From Verrucomicrobiia bacterium (GTDB taxonomy: Bacteria; Verrucomicrobiota; Verrucomicrobiia; Limisphaerales; UBA11358): a DNA stretch of 64,000 bases. Location: assembly GCA_035545995.1 (NCBI GenBank), contig DASZXH010000053.1, forward strand, positions 33,345-97,344. The letters are read 5' to 3'. Below the pieces are notes generated by a model. The model worked only from the letters and a program-made list of their open reading frames with translations, was not told where the DNA came from and did not search any database. How positions within the stretch are numbered: the first letter of the stretch is position 1; every line of letters begins with the position of its first letter. Positions 10,000-18,654 of the stretch are shown here, piece after piece. Both the position numbers and the translations under genes were made by a program.

Positions 10000-10626
10000 A
10001 TGCGAAAATATCTCGTTGAATTCATCGGCATGTTTTTATTCGTGCTCACGGTGGGCATGGTGGTCATCAATCCCGGCATCGGCAGTCTCGCGCCATTGGC
10101 CATCGGCTCGGTGCTGATGATTTTAGTCTATGCAGGCGGTCACGTTTCGGGCGGCCATTACAATCCGGCGGTGACGCTGGCTGTGTGGTTGCGCGGACGT
10201 TGCGCAACGGCGGATGTCGTGCCTTATTGGATTGCGCAAATTGCCGGCGCATTTGCCGCGTCGGGCGTCGTCCTGTATCTCAAGGGCAATCCCACTGTGA
10301 CGCCGCAGGAAGTAGAAATCATTCCCGCGCTCATCGCCGAATTCATCGGCACATTTGCGCTCTGTTACGTCGTGTTGAACACCGCCACCGCCAAAGGCAC
10401 GGCGGGCAATTCCTTTTACGGCCTCGCCATCGGCTTCACCGTCGTCGTGATGGCGTTTGCACTCGGCGGCATTTCCGGCGGCGCGTTCAATCCCGCCATC
10501 GCCACCGGCATCACGCTCATGCACCTGGAAAAAGCGGCGAACTTCTGGATTTATCCCGTCGCCAACCTTGCCGCCGCCGCGCTCGCCGCGTTCACGTTCA
10601 AATTCATCAATCCCGAGGACAAATAA
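10000..10626 (+). CDS. MIP-family channel (aquaporin/glycerol facilitator-like)
   Basis: 208 aa, six TM helices, two NPA boxes (HYNPAVT and AFNPAIA). Confidence 0.92.
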   Translation: MRKYLVEFIGMFLFVLTVGMVVINPGIGSLAPLAIGSVLMILVYAGGHVSGGHYNPAVTLAVWLRGRCATADVVPYWIAQIAGAFAASGVVLYLKGNPTVTPQEVEIIPALIAEFIGTFALCYVVLNTATAKGTAGNSFYGLAIGFTVVVMAFALGGISGGAFNPAIATGITLMHLEKAANFWIYPVANLAAAALAAFTFKFINPEDK

Positions 10627-10635
10627 TTTTCGCTT

Positions 10636-10944
10636 TTGCATAAAATGCCGCCGACTTTTCTCAAAGAAACTTCCGGCGGCATTTTGCTTTCGATGAAATT
10701 GCAACCGCGCGCGTCGAAAAATGAAATCGGCGAACCGCTTGGCGACGAATTGAAAGTCAAAGTCACTGCCCCGCCCGTGGATTCCGCCGCGAATGAAGCG
10801 TTGATTAAATTACTCGCGGAGAAATTGCAGTGCGCGCACGGACGAATTGAAATTATTCGCGGCCAAACTTCGCGTCACAAAACGATCTTGTTGCACGGAT
10901 TCAAAATGGCCGACGCAATTCAAGCCATTTCACCGCAATCGTAA
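10636..10944 (+). CDS. DUF167 (YggU-like) protein
   Basis: GGILLSMKLQPRASKNEI...LKVKVTAPPVDSAANEALIKLL...IEIIRGQTSRHKTILL follows the YggU pattern. The start is uncertain (ATG at 10636 or 10645). Confidence 0.8.
   Translation: MHKMPPTFLKETSGGILLSMKLQPRASKNEIGEPLGDELKVKVTAPPVDSAANEALIKLLAEKLQCAHGRIEIIRGQTSRHKTILLHGFKMADAIQAISPQS
10642..10690 (+). terminator. intrinsic-terminator-like hairpin after the aquaporin gene, overlapping the next start codon
   Basis: Perfect 12-bp stem AAAATGCCGCCG (10642-10653) / CGGCGGCATTTT (10674-10685) with a 20-nt loop, followed by TTTTGCTTT. It lies 16 nt after the aquaporin stop. Confidence 0.5.
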
Positions 10945-11010
10945 ATCGCCAGTCAAAAATCGTAAATTCTTTGTCACCTCTTCGGACTTTTCAACCACTG
11001 ATGCGACGTT

Positions 11011-12630
11011 ATGATAACATCCATGATTTCAGTGGCGGCGCAAAACGATTCCGAACTGGTCGGCGAAACCCTTTCCGGCAATCGCGACGCTTTCGGCCAG
11101 ATTGTTTCGCGCTATCAATCGTTAATTTGTTCGCTCGCATACAGCGCGACCGGCAGCCTCGGCCAAAGCGAAGACTTGGCGCAGGAAACCTTCATCGTCG
11201 CGTGGAAACGGTTGAGCCATCTGCGCGAACGCGACAAACTCCGCGCGTGGCTTTGCGGCATCGCGCGCAATCGCATCAATAATTTTCTCCGACGCGAAGG
11301 CCGCGAACCCAATCATCGCGCGGAACCGATTGAAGAAATTGCCGAATCCCATTCGCCCGAACCGTTGCCCATTGAACACACCATCACGAAGGAAGAAGAA
11401 CAAATTCTCTGGCGCTCGCTCGAACGGATTCCCGAAATTTATCGCGAGCCGCTCGTTTTATTTTATCGCGAACATCAATCCATTGAAACCGTCGCGGCGA
11501 ACTTGGATTTGACCGAGGACGCCGTGAAACAACGATTGTCGCGCGGACGAAAATTATTGCAGGAACAAGTTTTGGCATTTGTCGAAGGCACATTGTCGCG
11601 GACAAATCCCGGAAAAACATTCACGCTCGCGGTTTTGGCTTCGCTGCCTTTGCTGACCATCTCAGCAAAAGCGGCAACCATTGGCTCTGCTGCCGCCAAA
11701 GGCGGCGCAAGCGTCAAAGCCGCCGGAGTTGCGGGTTTGCTCGGCGTGATTTTCAGTCCGCTACTGATTCTTTTTGGAAATTATCTTCCCTATCGCATCG
11801 GCCTGGCCGAGGCGCGCTCGGACGAAGAACGCGGCCACGTCAAATTATTTTTCCGAAAAGTCTGGGCGATGACTTTTGGAATGTTCGTTTTATTTGCCGG
11901 AGTTTTTTTATGGCTCGGCAGAAATCATTTCCACGGCGGCGACCTGTTTGGCGTTTTATTTGTCGGCCTCGTTTTGATTTATCTTTTCAACATTTTTGTC
12001 TTTGTCGCCGCCACCAGACATCACCACCGCGCTTATTATTCAAAAATTCTGGCGCAGGAACATGGTGGCGTCTTTCCGAAACCGGCCTGGGAATATCGTA
12101 GCGAAACAAAATTTCTCGGCTTGCCGCTCATTCACATTCGCATCGGCGACCGGTTCGACATGTTGCAAAAGCCGGTCAAGGCGTGGATTGCGTTCGGCAA
12201 TCACGCCATCGGCGGACTGATTGCGTTCGGCGGTCTGGCGATTGCGCCGATCAGTATCGGCGGTTTGACCGTCGGCGTATTTAGCCTCGGCGGATTTGTG
12301 TTCGGCGTTTTTCCGCTTGGCGCGTTGGCGCTTGGTATTTGGGCGTTCGGCGGACTGGCCGTCGGCTGGCAGGCGTTCGGCGGCGGGGCGATTGCTTGGA
12401 ACGCGGCGGCGGGAAATTTTGCCCTCGCGCACGATTTCGCCATCGGCAATGTCGCGCACGCGTCTCAAGCGGGAAACGCGATTGCCCACCAATTCATCGA
12501 ATCGAAATGGTTCTTCCGCTGCATCGAATTCATCAGCCGTCATTGGTTCTGGGTGAATTTTCTTTGGATTACTCCGTTGCTGATTCAGTGGTGGCTCGTC
12601 TCGCGAAAATCGGCAACCGACAAAAAATGA
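11011..12630 (+). CDS. ECF-type sigma-70 factor fused to a ~350-aa polytopic membrane domain
   Basis: The first ~190 aa carry region 2 (AFGQIVSRYQSLI...DLAQETFIVAWKRL) and region 4 (PEIYREPLVLFYREHQSIETVAANLDLTEDAVKQRLSRGRKLL). The remainder has multiple TM helices and Gly-rich pentad repeats. Confidence 0.85.
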   Translation: MITSMISVAAQNDSELVGETLSGNRDAFGQIVSRYQSLICSLAYSATGSLGQSEDLAQETFIVAWKRLSHLRERDKLRAWLCGIARNRINNFLRREGREPNHRAEPIEEIAESHSPEPLPIEHTITKEEEQILWRSLERIPEIYREPLVLFYREHQSIETVAANLDLTEDAVKQRLSRGRKLLQEQVLAFVEGTLSRTNPGKTFTLAVLASLPLLTISAKAATIGSAAAKGGASVKAAGVAGLLGVIFSPLLILFGNYLPYRIGLAEARSDEERGHVKLFFRKVWAMTFGMFVLFAGVFLWLGRNHFHGGDLFGVLFVGLVLIYLFNIFVFVAATRHHHRAYYSKILAQEHGGVFPKPAWEYRSETKFLGLPLIHIRIGDRFDMLQKPVKAWIAFGNHAIGGLIAFGGLAIAPISIGGLTVGVFSLGGFVFGVFPLGALALGIWAFGGLAVGWQAFGGGAIAWNAAAGNFALAHDFAIGNVAHASQAGNAIAHQFIESKWFFRCIEFISRHWFWVNFLWITPLLIQWWLVSRKSATDKK

Positions 12631-12645
12631 TAACCGCTTAAAACC

Positions 12646-13464
12646 ATGAAATCGTCCATACTCGTTCTGATTGTTATTTGCGTCGCGGTAATTAGCGTGT
12701 CACTATTTTACTTGAATCGTCATCAGGCGGAGCCGGTTCCCGCGATGACGGATACCGCGCCGGTTCCGGCGAAAGAAGATGCGCCACCGGAAAAAATTGC
12801 CGTTGCAAAGGTTGAACTGCCGCCAATCATCAAAACCAACGCCGAACCGTCAACGCCGGTCGCCATTCCCGTTGCGGATGAAACAAAACCGGATGATTCC
12901 ACCAATGTCATCGGCAAAGCCGTTGACGCTTTGTTGTCGGCGAAAAGCGGGCGGGAGAAACATGAATTGTTCCAGCAACTTTTGCAGAACGGTCAACTGG
13001 ATCAGGCCATCGCCGAATTGCGGCAGCGCGCGGCAACCGATGTCAGTAATCCCGAAATCTCGACGACTCTGGGCGAGGCATTGTTGAACAAAGTAGCTTC
13101 CATCCACGACGCCGGCGGCGACACCGATCAGATGGGAATTCTGGCGATGCAGGCGGATCAGAGTTTCAACGCCGCGCTGAAGATTGATCCGCAGAATTAT
13201 GAGGCGCAGTTGGTAAAATCCATCTCGATGACTTATTGGCCAACGGATCCCACGCGCGATGCCGAAACGGTGCAGACACTTACCAGCCTGATTGACCGGC
13301 AGGAAACCATGGCGTCGCAGCCGGACTTCGCGCAGCCTTACATCTATCTTGGCAACGAATATCAAAAAATTGGCGAGCTGGACAAGGCGCAAGCGACGTG
13401 GATGCTCGGCTTGCAAAAATTTCCAAACGATTCCGAATTGCAGAAAAAAGTCAACGGACAATAG
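12646..13464 (+). CDS. membrane-anchored TPR-repeat protein
   Basis: N-terminal TM helix (ILVLIVICVAVISVSLFYL), Pro/Ala-rich linker, then TPR-like helices (ALKIDPQNYEA..., YIYLGNEYQKIGELDKAQATWMLGLQKFPND). It starts 16 nt after the sigma gene. Confidence 0.75.
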   Translation: MKSSILVLIVICVAVISVSLFYLNRHQAEPVPAMTDTAPVPAKEDAPPEKIAVAKVELPPIIKTNAEPSTPVAIPVADETKPDDSTNVIGKAVDALLSAKSGREKHELFQQLLQNGQLDQAIAELRQRAATDVSNPEISTTLGEALLNKVASIHDAGGDTDQMGILAMQADQSFNAALKIDPQNYEAQLVKSISMTYWPTDPTRDAETVQTLTSLIDRQETMASQPDFAQPYIYLGNEYQKIGELDKAQATWMLGLQKFPNDSELQKKVNGQ

Positions 13465-14938
13465 GAATTTTTTCCGCCAGTTCTTCCGCCGGATACGTCC
13501 AGATTTCCGCCAGCGTCGGATGATAATGCGGCGTTGCGGCCAATTCATGAACCGTCATGCGTTTTGACATGGCAACGACAACTTCGTGAATCAATTCACC
13601 GCCCACCGGTCCGACGCACGCACCACCAGTGATTTCACCAGTTTTCGGATTCGCTAATAATTTCACAAATCCGTCCTTCGCTTCCATCAATAGCGATTTG
13701 CCGTGGTCGTTAAACGGATAACTCGCGGCGAGGAATGGAATTTTATTTTCACGCGCGGCTTTTTCCGTCAAGCCGACAAATGCGACTTGCGGCTCGGTGA
13801 ACACAATCGAAATCAGCAGCCGATAATCCATTTTGCGCGGAGTCTCCGGCTTCGCGATATTATGTCCTGCAATTTCTCCCTGCGTCACGGCGATGTGGAC
13901 AATTTCATGCGGCCCCGTGCAATCGCCCGTCGCAAAAATGTGCGGCACGCTTGTCTGCATTTTGTCATTCGTGACAACGTAGCCGTCTTCAGTTTTCACG
14001 CTCGCGCTTTCCAGATTCAAAAAATCCGTGTTCGGCGCGCGACCAAGTGCGAACAAAATTTCTTCGGCGGAAACGGAAATTATTTTTCCATTTTGTGCGA
14101 ACGAAATCGTTTTCAATTTCCCGCTGCGTTTGGCGTCCACCAATTTTGTGCTGATGAAAACCTTGATACCTTCGCGCCGGAAAACTTTTTCAATTTCCCG
14201 CGCAGCATCGGAATCAAATTCTTTCAAAATGTGTTCACTGCGCTGAATCAAAATGACTTTGACGCCGAAGCGTGCGAAGAATTGCGCAAATTCACAGGCA
14301 ATCGCGCCGCCGCCGAGAACGATAAGTGATTTCGGCAATTGTTTTAGCGCCACCGCGTCGTCGCTTGTAATAAATCCGACCTTATCCAAAGCGGGCAGGG
14401 GGGACAGCGCAACCCGCGAGCCGGTGGCAATAACGAAATGTTTCGCGGTGATTTTAGTAGGGACGCGCTGCCGTGCGTCCCGGCTGACCGACAGGTCAGC
14501 CCTGCCAAGTTCAATTGTATGTGCGTCCAGGAATTTCGCGTTGGCGCGGATGAATTTGAATTTGCCGGAATTCAGTTGTTGCGCGCGGTAATCGGCAAAA
14601 TCTTTGATTTGCGCGTTTTTGCGCACCATGACTTTTTTGAAATCAAACGAAACTTTTCCCGCGCGCACACCCCAGATTGCCGCGTGTTCGGCGAGATGCT
14701 TCACTTCCGCCGCGTAGAGTAATGCTTTGGTTGGCATACAGCCACGCAGAATGCAAAGTCCGCCAACTTCCTTGCCGCCTTCAATGACGACGGTTTTCAG
14801 TCCCGCATCTGCCGCCGTTCGCGCCGCCGCGTAACCGCCGCTGCCGCCGCCGATGACCACCACATCAAAATCAAATTTGTCCCGCGATTTCACGTGGTCA
14901 AGATGCGTCAGGAATCGGCTCCTGACAAGAAATCGCAT
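13451..14938 (-). CDS. class I pyridine nucleotide-disulfide oxidoreductase (dihydrolipoyl dehydrogenase / mercuric reductase-like family)
   Basis: 495 aa. FAD fold DVVVIGGGSGGYAAA, redox disulfide GGLCILRGCMPTK, NAD fold LIVLGGGAIACEFA, ATGDCTG, C-terminal HYHPTLAEIW. Confidence 0.9.
   Translation of the reverse strand: MRFLVRSRFLTHLDHVKSRDKFDFDVVVIGGGSGGYAAARTAADAGLKTVVIEGGKEVGGLCILRGCMPTKALLYAAEVKHLAEHAAIWGVRAGKVSFDFKKVMVRKNAQIKDFADYRAQQLNSGKFKFIRANAKFLDAHTIELGRADLSVSRDARQRVPTKITAKHFVIATGSRVALSPLPALDKVGFITSDDAVALKQLPKSLIVLGGGAIACEFAQFFARFGVKVILIQRSEHILKEFDSDAAREIEKVFRREGIKVFISTKLVDAKRSGKLKTISFAQNGKIISVSAEEILFALGRAPNTDFLNLESASVKTEDGYVVTNDKMQTSVPHIFATGDCTGPHEIVHIAVTQGEIAGHNIAKPETPRKMDYRLLISIVFTEPQVAFVGLTEKAARENKIPFLAASYPFNDHGKSLLMEAKDGFVKLLANPKTGEITGGACVGPVGGELIHEVVVAMSKRMTVHELAATPHYHPTLAEIWTYPAEELAEKIPIVR
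14460..14501. repeat. REP-like double hairpin embedded in frame in the oxidoreductase CDS
   Basis: GGGACGC-GCTGCCGT-GCGTCCC (14460-14481) is immediately followed by GGCTGACC-GACA-GGTCAGCC (14482-14501). On the minus strand it encodes ...ADLSVSRDARQRVPT... Confidence 0.7.
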
Positions 14939-14997
14939 TTGAATTTCTCATCGAACCAAATTGTTGCAGCATTTTCCCGAAAATCTATAATCGTTGC

Positions 14998-15684
14998 ATG
15001 AACTTCACGATGCTGCTTTCGTTGATTGGCCTTTTAGTTTTCGCGCCGGCGCGACAGATTTTTGGCGACGAGCCGAACCACAATTTTGCGGTTTGGGAAA
15101 AAGAAATTTCGGCGTTTGAAGCGGGAGACCGCACCAATCCGCCGCCGCAAAACGCCATTTTGTTCATCGGCTCCTCGACCATCCGGTTTTGGACGACGCT
15201 GAATCAAGACTTTCCCGGATTGCCCATTATCAATCGCGGTTTTGGCGGTTCGGAGGTTGTGGACTCCACGCATTTTACCGGCCGGATTATTTTTCCGTAT
15301 TCGCCGAAATTCATTTTCTTTCGCGCCGGCGGCAACGACATCGCGGCGGGAAAAGCGCCGGAAGCGGTTTTTCAGGATTTCAAGGATTTTGTTGCGACGG
15401 TTCACGCTCGCTTGCCGGACACGGAAATTTATTTTATTTCGTGGGCGCCTACCATCGCGCGCTGGCAAAATCGCGACAAAGAGAAAACCCTGAACAATCT
15501 GGTGAAAGGTTATGCCGGTCGCACGCCACACGTGAAATACATCGAGACTTCTGATTTGCCGCTGGGCACGGACGGCAAACCGCGAGCGGAACTTTTCCGC
15601 GAAGACGGACTGCATTTCAACGCCGCCGGTTACAAATTGCTGGCCCAACGCGTGCGGCCGTTTCTACCAAAGCTTGGAAATTAA
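14998..15684 (+). CDS. SGNH/GDSL-family hydrolase (secreted esterase)
   Basis: Signal peptide plus the four SGNH blocks: FIGSSTI, GFGGS, GGNDI, DGLHFNAAGY. Confidence 0.85.
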   Translation: MNFTMLLSLIGLLVFAPARQIFGDEPNHNFAVWEKEISAFEAGDRTNPPPQNAILFIGSSTIRFWTTLNQDFPGLPIINRGFGGSEVVDSTHFTGRIIFPYSPKFIFFRAGGNDIAAGKAPEAVFQDFKDFVATVHARLPDTEIYFISWAPTIARWQNRDKEKTLNNLVKGYAGRTPHVKYIETSDLPLGTDGKPRAELFREDGLHFNAAGYKLLAQRVRPFLPKLGN

Positions 15685-15746
15685 AAATTCAAGCCTGACG
15701 TGATTTCAAAATTGAAATTTGCCGCAAATTTTCGGATAATTTTTTC

Positions 15747-16172
15747 GTGAGCAACATCATTTATCCGCGCAGCCCGCGCGAAATCATGGACGGCTGGCAT
15801 TATCTGCCGCGCTACATTGACAAAATCCGTTTACACCTCGCCGGCAAATTGCACGACGATTACAAGGATAATCTTGGCAAAGGTTTCGACGGCATGTGGC
15901 TCAAGGCCGCCGGATTGACGCACGAGCAATTCGTTGAAGTCGTGAAAAATTCCCTCACCGATGGCGAGGTTTATGATTGGATTCGGACCAATGTGAAACG
16001 CTCGCAATCAGAAAAAGACGCGCATTGGCAGGATGTCTTGAGCCGCCCAAAAACCGATGATGCCGCGGCGCTGGCGCGTCTAAAAATGCGGAAAGAACAA
16101 TGCAGCGGCGCGCATCGCGATGACGTCAAAACTTTTGTGGACGTGATTGATCTGGACGAGAAACGGATTTGA
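15747..16172 (+). CDS. DUF5069-like protein
   Basis: GTG start. YPRSPREIMDGWHYLPRYIDKIRLHLAGKL...GKGFDG matches my memory of the DUF5069 N-terminal signature. Confidence 0.65.
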   Translation: MSNIIYPRSPREIMDGWHYLPRYIDKIRLHLAGKLHDDYKDNLGKGFDGMWLKAAGLTHEQFVEVVKNSLTDGEVYDWIRTNVKRSQSEKDAHWQDVLSRPKTDDAAALARLKMRKEQCSGAHRDDVKTFVDVIDLDEKRI

Positions 16173-16421
16173 CCAGCCATGGAAAACAACACGTCACGTC
16201 CGTCGCGCATTCTGGTTTTGTATTACAACCGCGCCGGGACAAACGCCGAATTTGCGCTGGGCCGCTGCGCAATGCCGAGGAACGCGAAGCCTGCCGTCGC
16301 TTGGGTCGCCGCCTATCCGAATGGGTGCAGGTGTTGATTTATCGCCGTGCTGAATATGATCCGCGCAAGGCGACCTACTCCAGAATGGCGGATTGAATGG
16401 ATTATCAACGAAGATTCAAAT

Positions 16422-17027
16422 TTATCTTCGCATGATTTCTCCGCCCGGCGTGATGGCAAATGACTGTTCTAAAATTTGTAACTGACCGCTCTTGTCCCAA
16501 AGCCGGCGCCTGATCCACAACATGCGCGGCGAACCTTCTGTGGCGTCCGCCCAACGAATCGGCGTGTACTCGACGCGCGCAAAATCCGACTGCAGTTTTT
16601 CTTGAATCCCTTGGTTCAAATTGTCCGTCGCGCCAAGGTTGACCCATTTGAACCGGCCATAACTCGTATTCAAGCAGACCAAAACACAACTGGTCGTCTG
16701 ATCCGAAAACGAGATGGCCACGCATGTATTATCGTGCTTCCAAAGAATATTCGTTATGTGAGATAATTGTGTTAAGGCCGCAACTTTTTTTGAAAGCGAG
16801 AAAGTTGCCAGCGTGGTTTTGGTCGCTATCGACATCAAAGCCAATTTCTGGGTTTTTCCTCCGATGGTATCGCGTCCTTCGATGATAAAAAGCCCCAAGG
16901 AATGATCCGGCGACAGCGACCGGTCAATCTGCGTCATCGCGTTGGAAGACACTTCTCCTCGGGAATTGCCGGCGAGAAGCGCGACGGCAAGCAACAACAC
17001 ATAGCGAGCGTGACTAAATTTAATCAT
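16422..17027 (-). CDS. secreted hypothetical protein
   Basis: Start trimmed to the ATG at 17027, giving the signal peptide MIKFSHARYVLLLAVALLAGNSRGE. AT-richer than its neighbours. No motif recognised. Confidence 0.55.
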   Translation of the reverse strand: MIKFSHARYVLLLAVALLAGNSRGEVSSNAMTQIDRSLSPDHSLGLFIIEGRDTIGGKTQKLALMSIATKTTLATFSLSKKVAALTQLSHITNILWKHDNTCVAISFSDQTTSCVLVCLNTSYGRFKWVNLGATDNLNQGIQEKLQSDFARVEYTPIRWADATEGSPRMLWIRRRLWDKSGQLQILEQSFAITPGGEIMRR

Positions 17028-17172
17028 GCAACCAGTTTTTAAATTGAATGACTCGGCTCTTTCAAGCAAGTTCAAAACCGTTTGTGGCGATTCCGGCATT
17101 TCATCAAAGAGCAAATTCAAATTTGCTTTGCGCGGGAACTTTTCTTATCTGTGACACATCTGATTTGAACTG

Positions 17173-17643
17173 ATGAAAAAATATCTGAAATGGACTTTTG
17201 GCGTGTTAATCGCCGGATTTATTTTGTTGCAACTCACTAATCCATCGCACACCAATCCGCCGGTCGCGCGCGACTTTTTGGCCGCAACCATGCCGCCGCC
17301 AGAAATCAATACGATGTTTCGTTCCGCGTGTTACGATTGTCATTCCGACGAAACCAAATGGCCGTGGTATAGCCGCGTCGCTCCCGTTTCATGGCTGGTT
17401 GCGAACGACGTGATAGAAGGCCGCAAAAATCTGAATTTGTCCGAATGGCCGACCGATCCGCTGCGCGCGGCGAAGCGCGTAGAAAACATGAGCGAACAAA
17501 TTGAATATCAAGACATGCCGCCGAAAAAATACACGCTGATTCACCACGACGCGCGGCTCACAGAAAATCAGCGTAAACAAATGGAAGATTGGCTGAATGC
17601 GGAAACGGCGCGCTTGAAATCCTCGGCGACAGCGGCAAAATAG
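17173..17643 (+). CDS. haem-binding-domain protein (Haem_bd-like, CxxCH)
   Basis: N-terminal TM helix, then CYDCHSDETKWPWYSRVAPVSWLVANDVIEGRKNLNLSEW, the pattern of the PF14376-type haem-binding domain. Confidence 0.75.
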   Translation: MKKYLKWTFGVLIAGFILLQLTNPSHTNPPVARDFLAATMPPPEINTMFRSACYDCHSDETKWPWYSRVAPVSWLVANDVIEGRKNLNLSEWPTDPLRAAKRVENMSEQIEYQDMPPKKYTLIHHDARLTENQRKQMEDWLNAETARLKSSATAAK

Positions 17644-17644
17644 T

Positions 17645-18280
17645 TTGATGTTGCACACTGAGCTGATTCCCGCCAAAGAAAAAGATTCCCGGCGTCTGTT
17701 CGTGATGTTGCACGGATTGGGCGACAGCATCGCGGGTTATCGCTGGCTGCCGGAGGCCTTGAATCTGCCGTGGCTGAATTTTTTACTCGTCAACGCGCCG
17801 GACGAATACTACGGCGGTTATTCGTGGTTTGAATTTCCGGATAATTTTGCGTCGGGCGTGGCGCGCAGCCGGAAATTGCTGTTTGAATTGCTTGATGATT
17901 TGGCCGCCCGGAATTTTCCGCCGGAAGAAATCACGCTGGCTGGATTTTCACAGGGCTGTTTGATGACAATTGACGTCGGCCTGCGTTATCCGCAACGGTT
18001 CGCAGGCTTGGTCGGCATCAGCGGCTGGGTTTGCGAACCGGAAAAGTTGCTCAAGGAACTTTCGCCCGTTGCCACGCGGCAACGATTACTCGTCACGCAC
18101 GGCACGTTTGATTCGCTCATTCCGTTCGCCAAAGTGCGCGACCAAATCCAGACGCTCAAAGCCAAAGGCTTGCGCGTCGAATGGCATGAATTTGCCAAAG
18201 CGCACACGATTTACGGCGAAGAAGAACTGGCCATCATCCGCGAATTTGTGCGCGCCGGTTATCCCGGCATCGGAAAATAA
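17645..18280 (+). CDS. alpha/beta hydrolase, phospholipase/carboxylesterase family
   Basis: 211 aa. LFVMLHGLGDS, nucleophile elbow GFSQGC, late THGTFD and H residues. It starts 2 nt after the previous stop. Confidence 0.8.
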   Translation: MMLHTELIPAKEKDSRRLFVMLHGLGDSIAGYRWLPEALNLPWLNFLLVNAPDEYYGGYSWFEFPDNFASGVARSRKLLFELLDDLAARNFPPEEITLAGFSQGCLMTIDVGLRYPQRFAGLVGISGWVCEPEKLLKELSPVATRQRLLVTHGTFDSLIPFAKVRDQIQTLKAKGLRVEWHEFAKAHTIYGEEELAIIREFVRAGYPGIGK

Positions 18281-18327
18281 CCGGCGCGATGTTGTGGTTG
18301 CCGCGCAGGTTCGCGGGCTTGGGAAGT

Positions 18328-18546
18328 TCAGATTTTCACTTCGCGGTTGGCGCCGGGCATCCAGATTTGTTCCGGTCGCGGTTGACCGGTAGCCTGCCAA
18401 TCCATCGCGTTCGCCACGACTTCGCGCATGTGTGCGAACCACCAGCCGGCGCGGGCGATGCGTTTCTCGCGCCGCGCCAATCGCGCGCGCGCGACGCCGT
18501 TGAATCCGAGTTCGAGTTGTTTGTCTGTCGCATTGATTGTCGTCAT
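18328..18546 (-). CDS. small Arg-rich hypothetical protein
   Basis: 72 aa from the ATG at 18546: MTTINATDKQLELGFNGVARARLARREKRIARAGWWFAHMREVV... Coding status is uncertain. Confidence 0.35.
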   Translation of the reverse strand: MTTINATDKQLELGFNGVARARLARREKRIARAGWWFAHMREVVANAMDWQATGQPRPEQIWMPGANREVKI

Positions 18547-18654
18547 AATTGACCTTTCTTGCGCGACAGTGTGGCAGGGCAGGTCAGACAATTGCTGTCC
18601 AACCCAAAAAATAGTTTGGGAGAATTTTTCCGCGCGAAATGGAAGATTTTGCGA

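Noticed and set aside
16179-16396. Possible frameshifted gene remnant in the 250-bp spacer after the DUF5069 gene (MENNTSRPSRILVLYYNR... in one frame, ...AEEREACRRLGRRLSEWVQVLIYRRAEYDP in another)
   Set aside because: Both pieces look vaguely protein-like, but I cannot tie them to any family or to each other, and the evidence is only subjective. This is left as unannotated spacer.
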